Assembly (NCBI GenBank): GCA_964016885.1
Contig: OZ024740.1
Location: 99,448,001-99,512,000 of the forward strand
DNA length: 64,000 bases
Origin: Eledone cirrhosa
Lineage: Eukaryota
Direction of reading: 5' to 3'
The notes beneath the pieces were generated by a model. It was not told the origin of the DNA and did not search any database. It saw nothing but the letters and a program-made list of their open reading frames with translations. This document shows, piece after piece, positions 1 to 13,007 of the stretch (its first letter is position 1; each line of letters starts with the position of its first letter). Position numbers and translations under genes: made by a program.

Positions 1-98
1 AAACTGTCCTCATACTTTCTTCCTTCTTTTACATGGAAGAAACATGGATACTCTATCAACATATCTATTTTATGATAAATAAGGAATATGACAGCTGT

Positions 99-287
99 AA
101 TAATTGTTTCTACGTTTGGCACAAGGCCAGCAATTACCCAGTGCATTACTGGTACTTTATTTTATCGACCCCATAAAGATGAAAGGCAAAGTTAACCTCG
201 GCAGGATTTGAACTCAGAATGGCAAGGGCCGTAACTCTATGCATCAAAGCATGGCGTCCGACTCTCTACCGATACTGCCAATCCACT
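99..287 (-). mobile_element. tRNA-derived SINE, family A
   Basis: Minus strand reads GTGGATTGGCAGTATCGGTAG (A box) ... GAGTTCAAATCC (B box) ... AGAAACAATTATT tail. Target-site duplication (TSD) GCTGTAATAAT at about 94-104 and 288-298. Many similar copies in the window. Confidence 0.9.
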
Positions 288-1319
288 GCTGTAATAATGA
301 AGAGAATATAAGTGCATAAGAATGATCATCATTTATGAAACCCAAATGCAAATATTTGTCATGAATCTACTTAAGGATACCATGTATGTATGTAACCAGC
401 TCACCGTTGAAGAACACAAACTGTAACAAACTGTCGTTAACCAAGTCAATTTGTTATTTCAGAAAGCATTCTCTACTGGTGTAAAACCTTATAACAATGT
501 GTTCGACAAATTCTGCATTTAAAACTCACTAAAAGTTGGAAACTCTTATAAATATTTTGGAAATACAATAAGGATACCTTTTCATGTAATATTTACCAAA
601 CTGCTATAGATTTGTACCAATGTTAATTTTTGTTAATGCATCCAGGAGAAGGGTTATTGCAGTGGACATTACTCCTTATATATTAACTATAAATATTTTG
701 TGGTGATTTGCTTTCATTGGGAACATAAACATCACTGTATTTGATGAAGTATTGATGAAAGAATTATTATGTAAGTGTACAATACTGTATATGAGGAGGT
801 GTGAAAAATTAGAATATTAAAAAATAAATATTAGATATCACTTCAGCCCTAAACATCTAATGACTCTAAATAAGACAAGTTCTTTCCACGTTACAATACT
901 GTTACATATTTTGAAGGGAATGCAAAACAGTTACACAAACAAATATTTTAGACTACATGATAAAAGATTATCCAACCAATTGGAAAACTTTCAATAACTC
1001 ACTCACTGAAACTGCAGCACACAATTTAATTTTCCGGTGAACAAGGTAGAATTCACCTCATAACACATCGCAATATAACAGGATAGTCTCTTCTTATCAT
1101 TCCAAATGTTTTATATCCTTAAAACTCAAATTTAAATACATTTTTCCATCCTTTATCTCTATAAATGCAACTCTCTGGAACCCAGTCTCATTTTATGTTT
1201 TTATAGCATATAATTTTTCAGACATTTAAGTTACATCACCTCTTGAGGGATCACAATAGTTAAGGTGAGACTGCACATGTTTTTATAATGCACCTCTAAA
1301 AGTAGTGATTTTGTGTATT

Positions 1320-1500
1320 CTCTTATTTTTCACCCACTTATTCCTGAGGTCATGGGCCTCAAACACTCCTTCCAGTGGGTCCTGTCAGAAACAACCAGCT
1401 CCAATTGTTATAGTTGGATAACATCCATAATCTCAGCTGAATCCCCAGCTGTTATACAACTATTTTGCTCAGGGTCTGACCCTAGGTCTCCTTTTGTCTG
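1320..1500 (-). mobile_element. Decayed 3' end of a LINE related to the 52400-54165 element
   Basis: Minus strand ends ...CCCATGACCTCAGGAATAAGTGGGTGAAAA, matching ...CCCTTGACCCTCTCAGGAATAAGTGGGTAAAG at about 54110-54145. Confidence 0.5.
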
Positions 1501-1799
1501 TAAAATCTGTCCGAAATCTTGTATAAACACAACTGTTTCTTATGTTTTAATTTTGTTTAGAAATCTCATTGTATTTAAAGACGACTTTCCTTGCTAAAGC
1601 AGGCTTTAAACTTCCAGGGACCATGACAGCCTTCATACTTATATATGAGGTCGTATCTGAGACAATTTTTTACAGCCAGACACCGTTCTTTGTGCCAGCT
1701 ATTTTAGTCACCTCTTTTGACATGCGGGAATAATGAACCAATTCTAAGCTGTATACGTACATTTATATAAGCACCATTATATTTGATTTATATTGGATT

Positions 1800-1800
<1 letters not shown>

Positions 1801-1871
<71 letters not shown>
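1801..1871. repeat. (TA)n microsatellite
   Basis: Pure TA run. Similar runs at 2088-2149, 6850-6913 and 22522-22562. Confidence 0.98.
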
Positions 1872-1875
<4 letters not shown>

Positions 1876-1907
1876 GAGAAAAACCACAGACCCTCCATCT
1901 CAACTCA

Positions 1908-1945
1908 CCTTTTGAAAAGCAGAAGAACTGCGAAACCGGTAAAGG
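1908..1945 (+). ncRNA. Degenerate minimal type I hammerhead ribozyme
   Basis: CCTT-ttgaaaa-GCAG aagaa CTGC-GAAA-CCGGT-A-AAGG: stem I CCTT/AAGG, stem II GCAG/CTGC, palindromic stem III ACCGGT, GUA cleavage triplet. The core CUGANGA carries two substitutions. Confidence 0.6.
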
Positions 1946-2082
1946 AACCAAATAAATATATATATGTTTTAAAAAAATAAGACTTCAGTTGCATTTTCGA
2001 TTTCATCCCTTTTTCTTTATACTTCCACTCGTGTAGGACACCTCGGTTATTTTTCATTTTGTAAAAAAAAAAAACACCTCAC

Positions 2083-2149
<67 letters not shown>

Positions 2150-2151
<2 letters not shown>

Positions 2152-4334
2152 CATCATCATCATTTAACGTCTATTTTCCACACTAGCATGGGTTAGACGA
2201 TTTTGTTCCATTTGATGCGCGATTGGTCATGAGACTGTGTCTCATTTGCATGGAAGTGTCTCTGGCACGTTTTCTATGGCTGGATGCCCTTCCTAAAACC
2301 AACCACTTTTACAGTGTGGACTGGAAGCCTTTTTACCGTGTCTCCTACACGACCACATTAGTGTGGACTGAGTGCTTTTTGTTGTGTTACCAACACAGTG
2401 AACGGAAATTGGAGGATGGGTTAGGGTGTGTGGGGTAGTGTGTATATTGGGTTAAGAGGTGCCTACTGTGTCTAGGTTTGTATGCAAGGGAAGGTGGGTC
2501 TTCTGTACAAAGATCACCAAAGGGCACCAAAGATCTTGATCCAGTGACATTGACTTACAGAGGTGTAAGTGAGCAAGGCCAATTTTTATCACCTCGTTCC
2601 AGGTTTTTCTTGGTCTACCCATTCCATAGCTTCCATCAATGTTCATTGCTCTGCACTTTTTTATACAGCTGTCATCATTCATATGCATCACATGGCCATA
2701 CCAACGTAATCTCCTCTCCAGAAAACAACATTTGATACCTCTTGTGTTTAGTCTCTCCCTCAATTCGTTTAGGCTTTGCCGTTCACTCACATTCATCGGA
2801 GCATGCAAGCTTCATTTCTTTCTAATCCACGCAAGTCTTCAGCACACAACGCCCAGGTCTCTCTACCATGTAATATCGACTTTCGTATACAAGCATCATA
2901 CAATCTGCCTCTCACTTTTAGTGAAAACCCCTTATAGCCAACAGTGGTATTAGCTCTCTGAACTTTTTCCATCCCATTCTAACTCTGGCTACTACACTTT
3001 CAGAAAACCCTCCTCTACTGCTGATTTTGCCACCCAGGTAACGGAAATTGTCTATTATTTCTATAGAACCATCTGGGCAGTTGAAGGAGATAGCATCCAG
3101 TGGGACTTTGCTACTTACTGCACCTGAGCATTGGCCACATTTAAAATCTACATTGTTAGACAGCTTACCTGAGATCACATTTTCTACCTACTCCTTTCTT
3201 ACACAATGAGGATGGCCATTTCCCAGAGGGCACCTGTGCTCTATTCTCCTTTCTACATACAAGAACTTTAGTCTTAGACAAGTTAACTCTAAGGCCTTTT
3301 GATTCTAGTCCATGCTTCTATGTTTGGAACTTCTTCTCTAGTTCAGCCACGGATTCAACTATGAGAGTTAGATCATCTGCATATAGAAGTTCCCATGGGC
3401 AGCCAGTCTTAAATCCTTCTGTTATAGCCTGTAGGACAATAATCAACAGGAGGCGGCTATGGACGGTGTCCTGGGGAACCCCTACTATTATTCTAAATTC
3501 TTCACTATATTCATTGTTAATTATAACCTCGCTGATTGTTCCTCTATACATGGCTTGTATAGCTCTCACAAGCCATTCATCTACTCCTAGTTTTTGAAGA
3601 GCCCACCATATTAAGGTGCGTGGGACTCTGGGAAAGTATTTCTTCAAGTCAACAAAAGCTAAGTAGAGGAGTTTACTTTTAACTAGGTACTTCTCCTGTA
3701 GTTGCCGTAAAAGGAAAAGAGCATTCGTGGTGCTTTTACCTGGCACAAACCCAAACTGAATTTCATCTAGACCAGTTCGGTCTCTAATCAGTTAAGCAAT
3801 AACTCTTTCTGTGACTTCCATTACCTGGTCAACTAACTTAATGCCCCTATAGTTTCCTCTATCCAGGTTGTCTCCTTTGCCCTTGTAACAGTTGACGGTG
3901 ATGCTGCTACACCAGTCATTTGGTATTACCCCATTCTGTATTACTTGGTTTATTATTCAGGTGAAAATAGTATGTCCCATCATTCCAGATGCTTTCAACA
4001 TTTCAGCAATATCCCCAAAGGCCGAGCTGCCTTGCCTGTATTTACATCTCTGATTGCCTTACTTACTATACTACAATTAACTTGCTCAGCTGGTCCTTCT
4101 GTTGGATCAATGTGGTGCAGACTATCTTTATTCAGTTCATTCTCCTCATTCAGTAGTCTCTTGATGTGACACTTCCAAGCTACTTCCTTATCAGTATCAG
4201 TGAGGGCAAGCATACCATCATCATTACGGATACACATCTCCCCGACAATATCACAATTCTCCTTGACACATTGCCTCACAATCCTGAACACCTCACGCCT
4301 TTGGTCCTCACGTTGTAGAATATCCTTGAACTGA
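2150..4334 (-). mobile_element. RTE-clade LINE, 5'-truncated and frameshifted
   Basis: RT fragments GKSTTNALFLLRQLQEKY, LAFVDLKK, VGVPQ, LLYADD and RRLRWYGHV...GRPRKTW. A (GAT)n tail lies at about 2150 on the minus strand. Confidence 0.93.
3318..3746 (-). pseudogene. Reverse transcriptase core fragment of the RTE LINE
   Basis: ORF contains YLAFVDLKK and WELLYADDLTL motifs. Confidence 0.9.
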
Positions 4335-4769
4335 ATATATATACATACATATACACATACATGCACCTATACACACACACATGTATATATAAGTAAGTAA
4401 AAAACATAGATATAAAAAAGAGATATGAAAACACACATACACGCACATATGCGCACATACGAATGCGTTCGTATACACATACAGACACGCATACACCCTC
4501 ACACGCATAGATACAATATAATAACCAGCCGTATGAATAAATGAGTACAAATTATACATACATAAGGGCGGCTGAGAGACAACAGAATATATCTGAAGTT
4601 GAAAACGCAAGTGACATGTAATAACAGGTAGTGAAGGAAAAAGGAGAAGTAAAATGTGTGGAATTGTGAAGATATTAGGTAAGTGAATTAAAAAGCAGGG
4701 GGGGGGGGGGTCACTGGTGTATGTGAAGTAAAAATAAGGTTAAAAATAAAAATAAAAGTAAAAGTAGTT

Positions 4770-5380
4770 AAAACTAATGTAGGCAAACCATTCCTAGAGC
4801 TCTTAGATAAACATTTCCCTACAACACATAGATACTATAAGATCTTCAATAGAAACTGTGTCAAAATCAGCTACTCCTGCGGTCCCCCTATTAAATCTTA
4901 TATCCTCAATAAGAAAATACCCAGAGAACATCAAAATTGCTCCTGTAGAGTCAAAAGTGAATGCCTATTACAAGGTAAATGCAACACCAAAGCCATTGTG
5001 TATGCGGCTAAAGTGACAACCACCAGCAACAACCTACCAGCCACCAGCGAACGATATGTGGGTATGATACAAGACAAATTCAAAACGCGTTATTACTCAC
5101 ATGTCGCATCTTTCCGACATCCTGAAAAAAGATTTACAACAGCTCTGGCTAGCAGAATATGGGATTTGATATACCAAGGTATCCAATATAAATTGGATTG
5201 GTCAATTTTGGACCAATCTAAAGAATTTGCAAGGGGAACAAGAAGATGCACACTCTGCATAAGTGAAAAATATTGAATTTTACAGAACGTTAAATCACCA
5301 AAAACCTGCCTAAATGCAAAAACAGAAATTTTCACCAGTTTCCCACACATAAAATCACACTTGCTTTCCAGATCATATAA
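4770..5380 (+). pseudogene. Penelope RT-linker and GIY-YIG endonuclease fragment
   Basis: VYAAKV...YVGMIQDKFKTRYYSH...ALASRIWDL...WSIL...CTLCISEK, with stops and frameshifts. Confidence 0.88.
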
Positions 5381-6682
5381 ACTTAACTCACTTTCAGATA
5401 CTTATCCTCCATAAACCTTTGTTCTTCACTTTCCTTAAATTATCCTCTTTACAGACTTCTCTTTCTGATTTACTTTTATTTTTATTTTTAACCTTATTTT
5501 TACTTCACATCGACCAGTGACCCCCACCCCCTACTTTTTAATTCACTTACCTTATATCTTCATAATTCCACACATTTTACTTCCCCTTTTTCTTGTCGCT
5601 TGCGTTTTCAACTCCAGATATATTCTGTTGTCTCTCAGCCGCCCTGATGTCTGTATAATTTGTACTCATTTATTCATACGGCTGGTTATTATATTGTATC
5701 TATGCGTGTGAGTGTGTATGCGTGTCTGTATGTGTATACGAACGCATTCGTATGTGCGCGCGTGTGTGTGTGTATGTGCGTGTATGTGTGTTTTTATATT
5801 TCTTTTTTTTTACATCGATGTTTTTTACATACTTATATATACGTGTGTGTGTGTATAGGTGCATGTATCTGTATATGTATGTATATATATATATATGTAT
5901 GTGTATGTATGTGTGTATATGTATATATATATATAGTCACGTACGTGCGTGTGATTAGATATACATGTGCCTATATATATATGTGCTTCGTGTGTATGTA
6001 TGCGCGCCTTTGTATGTATGTACGCATGTATGTGCTTTTGTCTGTACGTTTTATATATATATATATATTTATATATATGTGTACGTACGAACCTATGTTT
6101 GATTTCTATTTTTCCTAGTGTTACTTTATAATTGATAACTCCTCCCTCTTACTTTTTCTTTGATTTAAAAAATGTTTTCATTCTCATATATGTTTTCATT
6201 TTTATACATGTATCGAGCCTCAGACTGACACTCCTTTGACTAATACACTCCCTTCCCTGTATATCATTTGCATATATGTGATCGCGCGTGTGTGTGTGTT
6301 TATACGCGTGCTTTCATACTTGTATGTGTATATATTTCATTCCTTAATACCTGAATCTGGATGTATGTTAACTATATTATCTTACAATTTCTTTTTCAAC
6401 TCATATTATATAGGTATTTGTGGTCACACATACACTGATATGCTTGCCCTCATGTATGTACTTACGCACACATTTTCACTATACACATGCATTTGTACAT
6501 ACACACATATGTACATTTGTGAGTGAATATACACACATTTATACACATACCCTAACTATATTTCCTTATTTTTTTTATATATCTCTTGCATTACTTTTAT
6601 TTATATATTTTTTTGCCCGTTAAACTTTTGCCTTTCTTGAGGAGATTTTTCAAATATTTCACTATGTTTTAAATTGCCTTGT

Positions 6683-6748
6683 CCGATGAACGAATGAGGA
6701 CGTTTTTTTGTATTCGTCTTATTCGGGAAACTTCTGCTAATGAGGTAA
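6683..6748 (+). ncRNA. Degenerate hammerhead ribozyme in the Penelope pLTR
   Basis: CCGATGA-a-CGAATGAGGACG...CGTCTTATTCG-g-GAAACTTC tgctaat GAGGTA. Stems II and III pair and the triplet is GUA, but stem I is poorly paired and the core has U4C. Confidence 0.5.
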
Positions 6749-6848
6749 TTATATTGTATTGTTTATTATACATTAAATTTAGCTCTGGTACTTACATAGA
6801 GAACTCTTCACTCCTATGACTTTTCAATTTTCTATGGAAACTTCAATA

Positions 6849-6917
<69 letters not shown>

Positions 6918-7320
6918 CAGTTCCCTGTGTATTTTCGTTCAAATTCTTTGGGGATTTACTAAACTATACATTTTTGGAAACGTTAGGATGTATTGAACAC
7001 AAAAATCACTGTTGCCATTTTTTTAAGGTTCCGAATATGGCCGTCTTAGGGCTTCAAAATGGCGACCGTTTCAAATTTAAATTGACCAATATATCCACTT
7101 CCAAGCCATGTAGCCTTTTACTTTCAGTGGCTAAACTTACATTTTAAAGAGCCAGAAGTCTAGAGAAATTGACTACAATCACTTACGTTTAACACGAAGA
7201 AAATCTTTTAAATAAAAATACCAACTTTAATGACAAAACTGCAAACACCACATGCAAATATGATAATTCTTCTCTAGATCCACTCATAATCAGGATATCG
7301 AAACACGAGTCAAACATAAT

Positions 7321-8070
7321 AAAAATAAATTTGTCTTCACGTACCCTTTATTTTAATACATAAAACAAATAAAAATAAATTTGTCTTCACGTACCCTTTA
7401 TTTTAATACATAAAACAAATAAAAATAAATTTGTCTTCACGTACACTTTATTTTTATACATAAAACAAATAAAAATAAATTTGTCTTCACGTACACTTTA
7501 TTTTAATACATAAAACAAATAAAAATAAATTTGTCTTCACGTACACTTTATTTTAATACATAAAACAAATAAAAATAAATTTGTCTTCACGTACACTTTA
7601 TTTTAATACATAAAACAAATAAAAATAAATTTGTCTTCACGTACACTTTATTTTAATACATAAAACAAATAAAATTAAATTTGTCTTCACGTACACTTTA
7701 TTTTAATACATAAAACAAATAAAACTAAATTTGTCTTCACGTACACTTTATTTTAATACATAAAACAAATAAAAATAAATTTGTCTTCACGTACACTTTA
7801 TTTTAATACATAAAACAAATAAAAATAAATTTGTCTTCACGTACACTTTATTTTAATACATAAAACAAATAAAAATAAATTTGTCTTCACGTACACTTTA
7901 TTTTAATACATAAAACAAATAAAAATAAATTTGTCTTCACGTACACTTTATTTTAATACATAAAACAAATAAAAATAAATTTGTCTTCACGTACACTTTA
8001 TTTTAATACATAAAACAAATAAAAATAAATTTGTCTTCACGTACACTTTATTTTAATACATAAAACAAAT
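7321..8070. repeat. Minisatellite, 15 x 50 bp
   Basis: Unit AAAAATAAATTTGTCTTCACGTACACTTTATTTTAATACATAAAACAAAT, near-perfect, with no spacers. Confidence 0.98.
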
Positions 8071-8199
8071 AATTCGTGGACACTTTGCTTTTGTCCATTT
8101 CACGATAAAATCAGTCATGACTTTTAACAGGCAGGAATATAAATTTGTGCACACTTTGTTATTGCCACTTTTAGAACGGAATCAGTCATAACCATGATA

Positions 8200-11100
8200 T
8201 CAGTCATCACTCTCACTATCAGTATTACCTGAGTCAAGGTTTTCATAAACTCTTTCCGCGTCATTTTCACACTGTGTGGTGCACAGGCAAAGGTCGGTGC
8301 ACTGCAGATTCTTTGACTTGCAGGAACATCTTTGTGAGGAACAATCTCCCTTGTACTAGCATCTCACAATCTCAATGATGGCTTTAGGTGCTGGAGGATG
8401 ATCAGTAGTGGTTGGCTTTAGTTGGCCATCATCTCCCTTGTAGTAGCCATTCTGCATTGGATCCAGCGGAACTTGCTGGAGAGTGCTTGCCTGGCTCCAA
8501 ACTCGTGCTTGCACATGTACGCTTAAGATGTGCTGCTTGAGGGCACCAACTGTAGGTGGTAACTTGTCACTCTCTGACATGTATTTACAGAACAGGTACC
8601 ATCGCAACACTGGAATGCTTTTGATTTGGATTCCCTTTGGACAGACACAACTTTCCAAGCTGGTCAGAAGTTCTTCAGTCACTTCAGTATCATCGGACAG
8701 CTTTTTCAGAGCGTCAATGGTGTTATCGTCAAGAAAAATCTTGAACCATGTGGCCTTTCCTACTCTAGCAAACCTTCCCATATTATCGGCGCCGGAGAAG
8801 GCACGGAATACAGGTAAAGCCTTCGCCTTTGCTGGACTAGACCGTCCCAGAATGGCTAGATCTTTAGAACACTTGATGCCATGGAGATGGAGGTGTGCCT
8901 AGGTAACAAATCATAGTTGGCAATTACCAGAACCAGGACATCTGTGTCAGGTGAGAAAAATGTTAGTTGCATATCTCTTGGGTTTCGCCTTGTTGAAGAT
9001 ACTGCAAGGCATATCATCAGTGAGTCAGCTTCCTCATGGTTGTTTTCACTGAAAGGTTCCAAATCCTTGTTGCTCCTGGTTTGGCCAGATGCTGAAGTGA
9101 TGACAAGTTTGGAGGAATATTTGCTGTAGTACAGAGTCTTTTCTACCAAGTACTTGGTCAAATCAGCCTTCGTCTTTTTATGTGACAGGAATCTGCTCAT
9201 GGTTATGTGCTTGATGCTCGTCTCATCTCTGACTTGATACTGGACAGGATCCTTCCCTTGGCTTCTCTTCTGCCTGGTTGCATTCTTCAAGGAATCGGTC
9301 TTATGTGTGTCAAAAACGAGAATTATTTCGTCAAAGTTCTGCGTGAGGTTCATCAGTCTTCCACAGAAACTTTGGCTTAGATCTCTCACTGTAACCCTGA
9401 TAGCTAGTTTCTTAGTCAGCTTCTGAATAAGCACCATTCTATCTACCACCGCAACCCTCCTGTTGTGATTGAGATTGTCCTTTTCAGTGGCTTCATCTTG
9501 CAGTGAATCGCCTTGTGCTGTTTTCTCTGATGCTATCTGCTCAAGGAGATGAATGAGTTTGTACTTGTCAGTGCATGGCAACACTGACCCATTTGGGGCA
9601 AAGAGTGTGCTTGGCGTCAAGGTGAACTCATAATTGCTAATTGCTTCTTTCTGGTTCACGTCTCGGTCGGATCTGGCAAGAACCATAAGGCTGCCATACA
9701 AATCTTTGGTTTCCTTTATGTCAATGGTTTTGTCACGAACCTTTACAGCATGTCTCTTGTTGCCAGATGTGAACATCTCGTTGTTTTGTCTCTTCACTGG
9801 TGCCCAAAGGCTGACGCGCCCATTGATCCGTTCAGCAACATATTCCTCGTACAGCTTATGTCTAGTGTCATCCATCTCCAAGATCTGTGTTACAAACTCA
9901 TCTGGGATATATGCATGAGTTATCAAGTTGTAGAGTGTTTCCTCATCAGCAGCAAATGAATTGCCGTCAGTCAATATAGCACTCTTGATTTTGCTTACTG
10001 CTCCATGATCTCGCTTGATTGCAGCTGGAGATAGGTCATGATGCTCAAGGGCATAGCTTTCACCAACACCGAATTGGTTCTTAAACTCCTTTGCAAGGCA
10101 GGACATTTCAGGAGCTGCCATGAAGAAGCGTTGCCTTGCATTTGGATTATTGGAAATTCCAATGAGACCAGCTTGAACTTTCATGAATTTGTTAAGATGT
10201 TCACAGGCATGGTCACCTCCAATGGATACGAACGGGGTGGCATTCTTGGTGATGGATATATTGCCCTCTTCAAGTTCCCTCCATGTGTCGGGGTGATTGG
10301 TCTTCAATGCGTGCATATCTGCTATGTAGCGTGGCCAGAGTCTCTCATACGTTAAGCTGTCCATTGAGAATAACAGCTTGCTCAGTGCTTCTCCAGCTTC
10401 AAGATGAAGATTCAGATCAGCATTCCGCGATGCCGCTACAAAGTACAGAACTGTCTCTACCCGATGCATATAGTTCTACAATGATCTAAACATGGCATTT
10501 TTAGACTTCTCTGCTTCCCAGTCTTGCAGTTTCTTGATCACATCATACTCTGCTAAGACTTGCTGCAGATGAGCATTTGCATGCTTCACAGACTCAGCAT
10601 TGGTGCCTTTGTTCTGAACCGCCTCTTCTACTTGAATTGTTGCTTCTAGACACAGATCTTTCAGATGAGGATTGTCCTCTAGGAACTGCTCCAATGCCAG
10701 TTTATAAAGTGCCATGTAGGAGTAAATCTGTGCATGTAGCGAACGCTTGTAGTGTGTGCACTTGAGAATGTGTCTGGTTGTGGCAGAACGATACAGAACG
10801 GCTTCCATCCAGGCGTCGACTGTTCCCGAGTTTTCAATTGAATAGCCAAGAGCTCTCAACACAACCATGACAAAATGAAACTCACCAAGTCTTGGCAGCA
10901 CATTGCCCTTCAAATCTGGCCTAGCATCAACCAACTGTACTGCTTTCTCGTAGAGTGCCATATCGAAGGAAATGATAGTGAGGTACTTGTCAGCAACTTC
11001 CAGCTCTTTTAATTTGTTTGCTTGCATCATAACGTTTGGCAATGTTGGCCATTCATGCGCGACTTCTGGGAGCAAAGGTAGAGCTCCAACCTCAGTTAAG

Positions 11101-13007
11101 GGTAGGCTTGTCGACAAAATTGAGTTATAGCCTGCCCAGACTGGAATTCGACTCGAGTCTCCATCGTTCATTCGGGAAACAGCGTAGGCAATGAACCATT
11201 CCAGATGTGTGAGCTGGTAGGTACTATCCACACCTTCTTTGTCAATGGCAAACTGAATCATCCTCTTCTCGGATGGTGTCTTCTGCTTTGGCTTCTCACA
11301 AGGAACTATAGCTGTATAATATGGGGTCACAGAGAGACACTGTGCATCAGTGATATTTAGGGATGATGCAATTGGTTCTCCAGAGGCATCAGCTTTCTGG
11401 TATACGGCAGTGATAGTGCCATGGGTGGTCCCTTTACCATCTAGAGTGTCCTCAGTCAAATCCGCATTGTCTACTGCGAAAAAGACAAACGTGCCTTTCT
11501 TGAGGAATGGTGACACATACATCCCTTGAAACTGTTTGGTGTTCTCCACTACAGCATTGTCAACGGCTGTTTCCATCATTAGCATACGGCTGTATGAAAC
11601 ACAGTAATCTTGGGCGTTGAGGAGATTAACGAGCATCTTATTTCTTGTCTTTTGATGGATGCTCAGCGCCAATCCCACAACTTGGGGATTTTCTCTAACA
11701 TGCTGCGACTGAAAGCCAGCATGCTCAGTTTTGGGCCTGTATGTGATTTGTCTCTTAGACTTGAATCCAAACATCAGATTTTGACTCATTGTAAAGGCAG
11801 CTCTGTTCACATCATGTGTTCTAACTTCAGTCTCCAGTTCATTTGCAGGCCCTGCCATCATCCAGAGAATAAGTATATAGAGTTCCACAGGCACATCTTC
11901 TATTTTGTTGGAAACTGTGATTGAACTTTGTGGCAGTTGTCTTTTGGTAAAATGTTCAATGTTGTGGCGAACAAGCTGTGCTGACCTATATAGATTCTTC
12001 ATGTTGTCCGTGTCATCAGCAGTGATGGCATTTTAAACTCACAGGCTTCAGGGTAATACAACACAGCTGACTTTCGCCTATTGCTTTGCAGAACAGACCT
12101 TACACCTGGTAATTCTGTTAATATTTTGTCTTTCAGCCATTTTCTGATATAGACAGGTCTGTGATTTGGCAAAGCCTCTGCTCCACCTAGCATGTTCAAA
12201 TAGGTATTCTCGATATCTGCCATGGAAAGATATATGCCATCTGTAGTGTACACGTCGATAATGTTCACTAATTCAATGAAACTAGTTGTTTGCTATTGAC
12301 ACCCACTATCTTTCTTTGCTTTGTTTGCGATAGCTTCATCTCTCAGAACATGGAACACATTTATTGTCCAACACTGTTTATGAAATTTGATATCAACAGC
12401 GTGGGCATCTCCTTCCGAGATGCAAGATGCCATTCTTGTTTTTAGTTCTGGATTAGGAGAGATTTCCACAGCTTTTTTTAGAGCTTGGCCCACATTGGCA
12501 GTTCTTACTGCAAACAACTGTTGGTCACCAAAAGTTTGACAAAAAAAGCACAAACCATTTTCTAGTGGGCTTGTTGCTGACCGTGTAAACGGCCCTAAAT
12601 TTGCGTCAGAAGTTGATGGCTCGCTCCTGTCAAAGCTTGAAGGGCGTCCTCGCTTTTTGCGGATATGTGAACCAGTAGACAAAGACCGTTGGTGACGGTC
12701 TCTTGCACGTTGCCTTTTTTACTTTACTGGTGGCGATGGAGAAGCACGGGCGATGCCAAAAAGCCTTATTTCTCTGCAAAGTTTATGTTGTGCAGTCTTC
12801 TAGCCTCTTTTGAATTTTGACAAATTCGCCATCATGCAGTAATGCTCGCTCCTTCACTGCAGCTAACAAACTACGGTATGAATATAATTTTGGTTGTAAC
12901 ACAAACTGGCCTGCATCTTGTAGGCACAAAATACACCGTTTCCAGTCAATTGTTTCTTGTAGCTGTCTACCAAGTTGTGGTAACGTTGCTGTGGCCACGT
13001 TGTTCAT
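8200..13007 (-). pseudogene. Academ transposase (DDE + XPG/PIN-like nuclease + Cys8 zinc finger), disrupted
   Basis: Six consecutive ORF pieces. Motifs: FAVDNAD, ISFDMALY, RLGEFH, GGDHACEH; LVFD, HEEADS, SPDTDVLV, FSGADNMGRFARVGKATW; C-terminal RC*YKGDCSSQRCSCKSKNLQCTDLCLC. In-frame stops at 10476 and 8356 plus frameshifts. Confidence 0.85.

Larger units (their letters stand above)
4335..6850 (+). mobile_element. Penelope-like element (5'-truncated) with inverted pLTR arm
   Basis: 4335-4761 is the reverse complement of about 5470-5895. The sequence between encodes KTNVGKPFLELLDKHFP...KIFNRNCVKISYSC and a GIY-YIG nuclease. A degenerate HHR lies in the 3' pLTR. Confidence 0.88.

Noticed and set aside
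99-287. tRNA genes at SINE heads
   Set aside because: A and B boxes are present, but there is no complete cloverleaf and each is followed by the SINE body and tail.
400-700. Exon-like segments with AG/GT boundaries on the minus strand
   Set aside because: All three frames contain stops and no protein family is recognisable.
5517-6623. Cys/Val/Tyr/Ile-rich ORFs
   Set aside because: Translations of (TG)n and (TA)n microsatellite in the pLTR. The same applies to 1763-1951, 4276-4610, 15684-15979 and 38582-38905.
7321-8070. CRISPR-like array
   Set aside because: Units are contiguous and near-identical with no unique spacers, there are no cas genes, and the context is eukaryotic. It is a minisatellite.
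8483-11924. Plus-strand ORFs inside the Academ element
   Set aside because: Antisense shadows of the transposase frame with no recognisable motifs.
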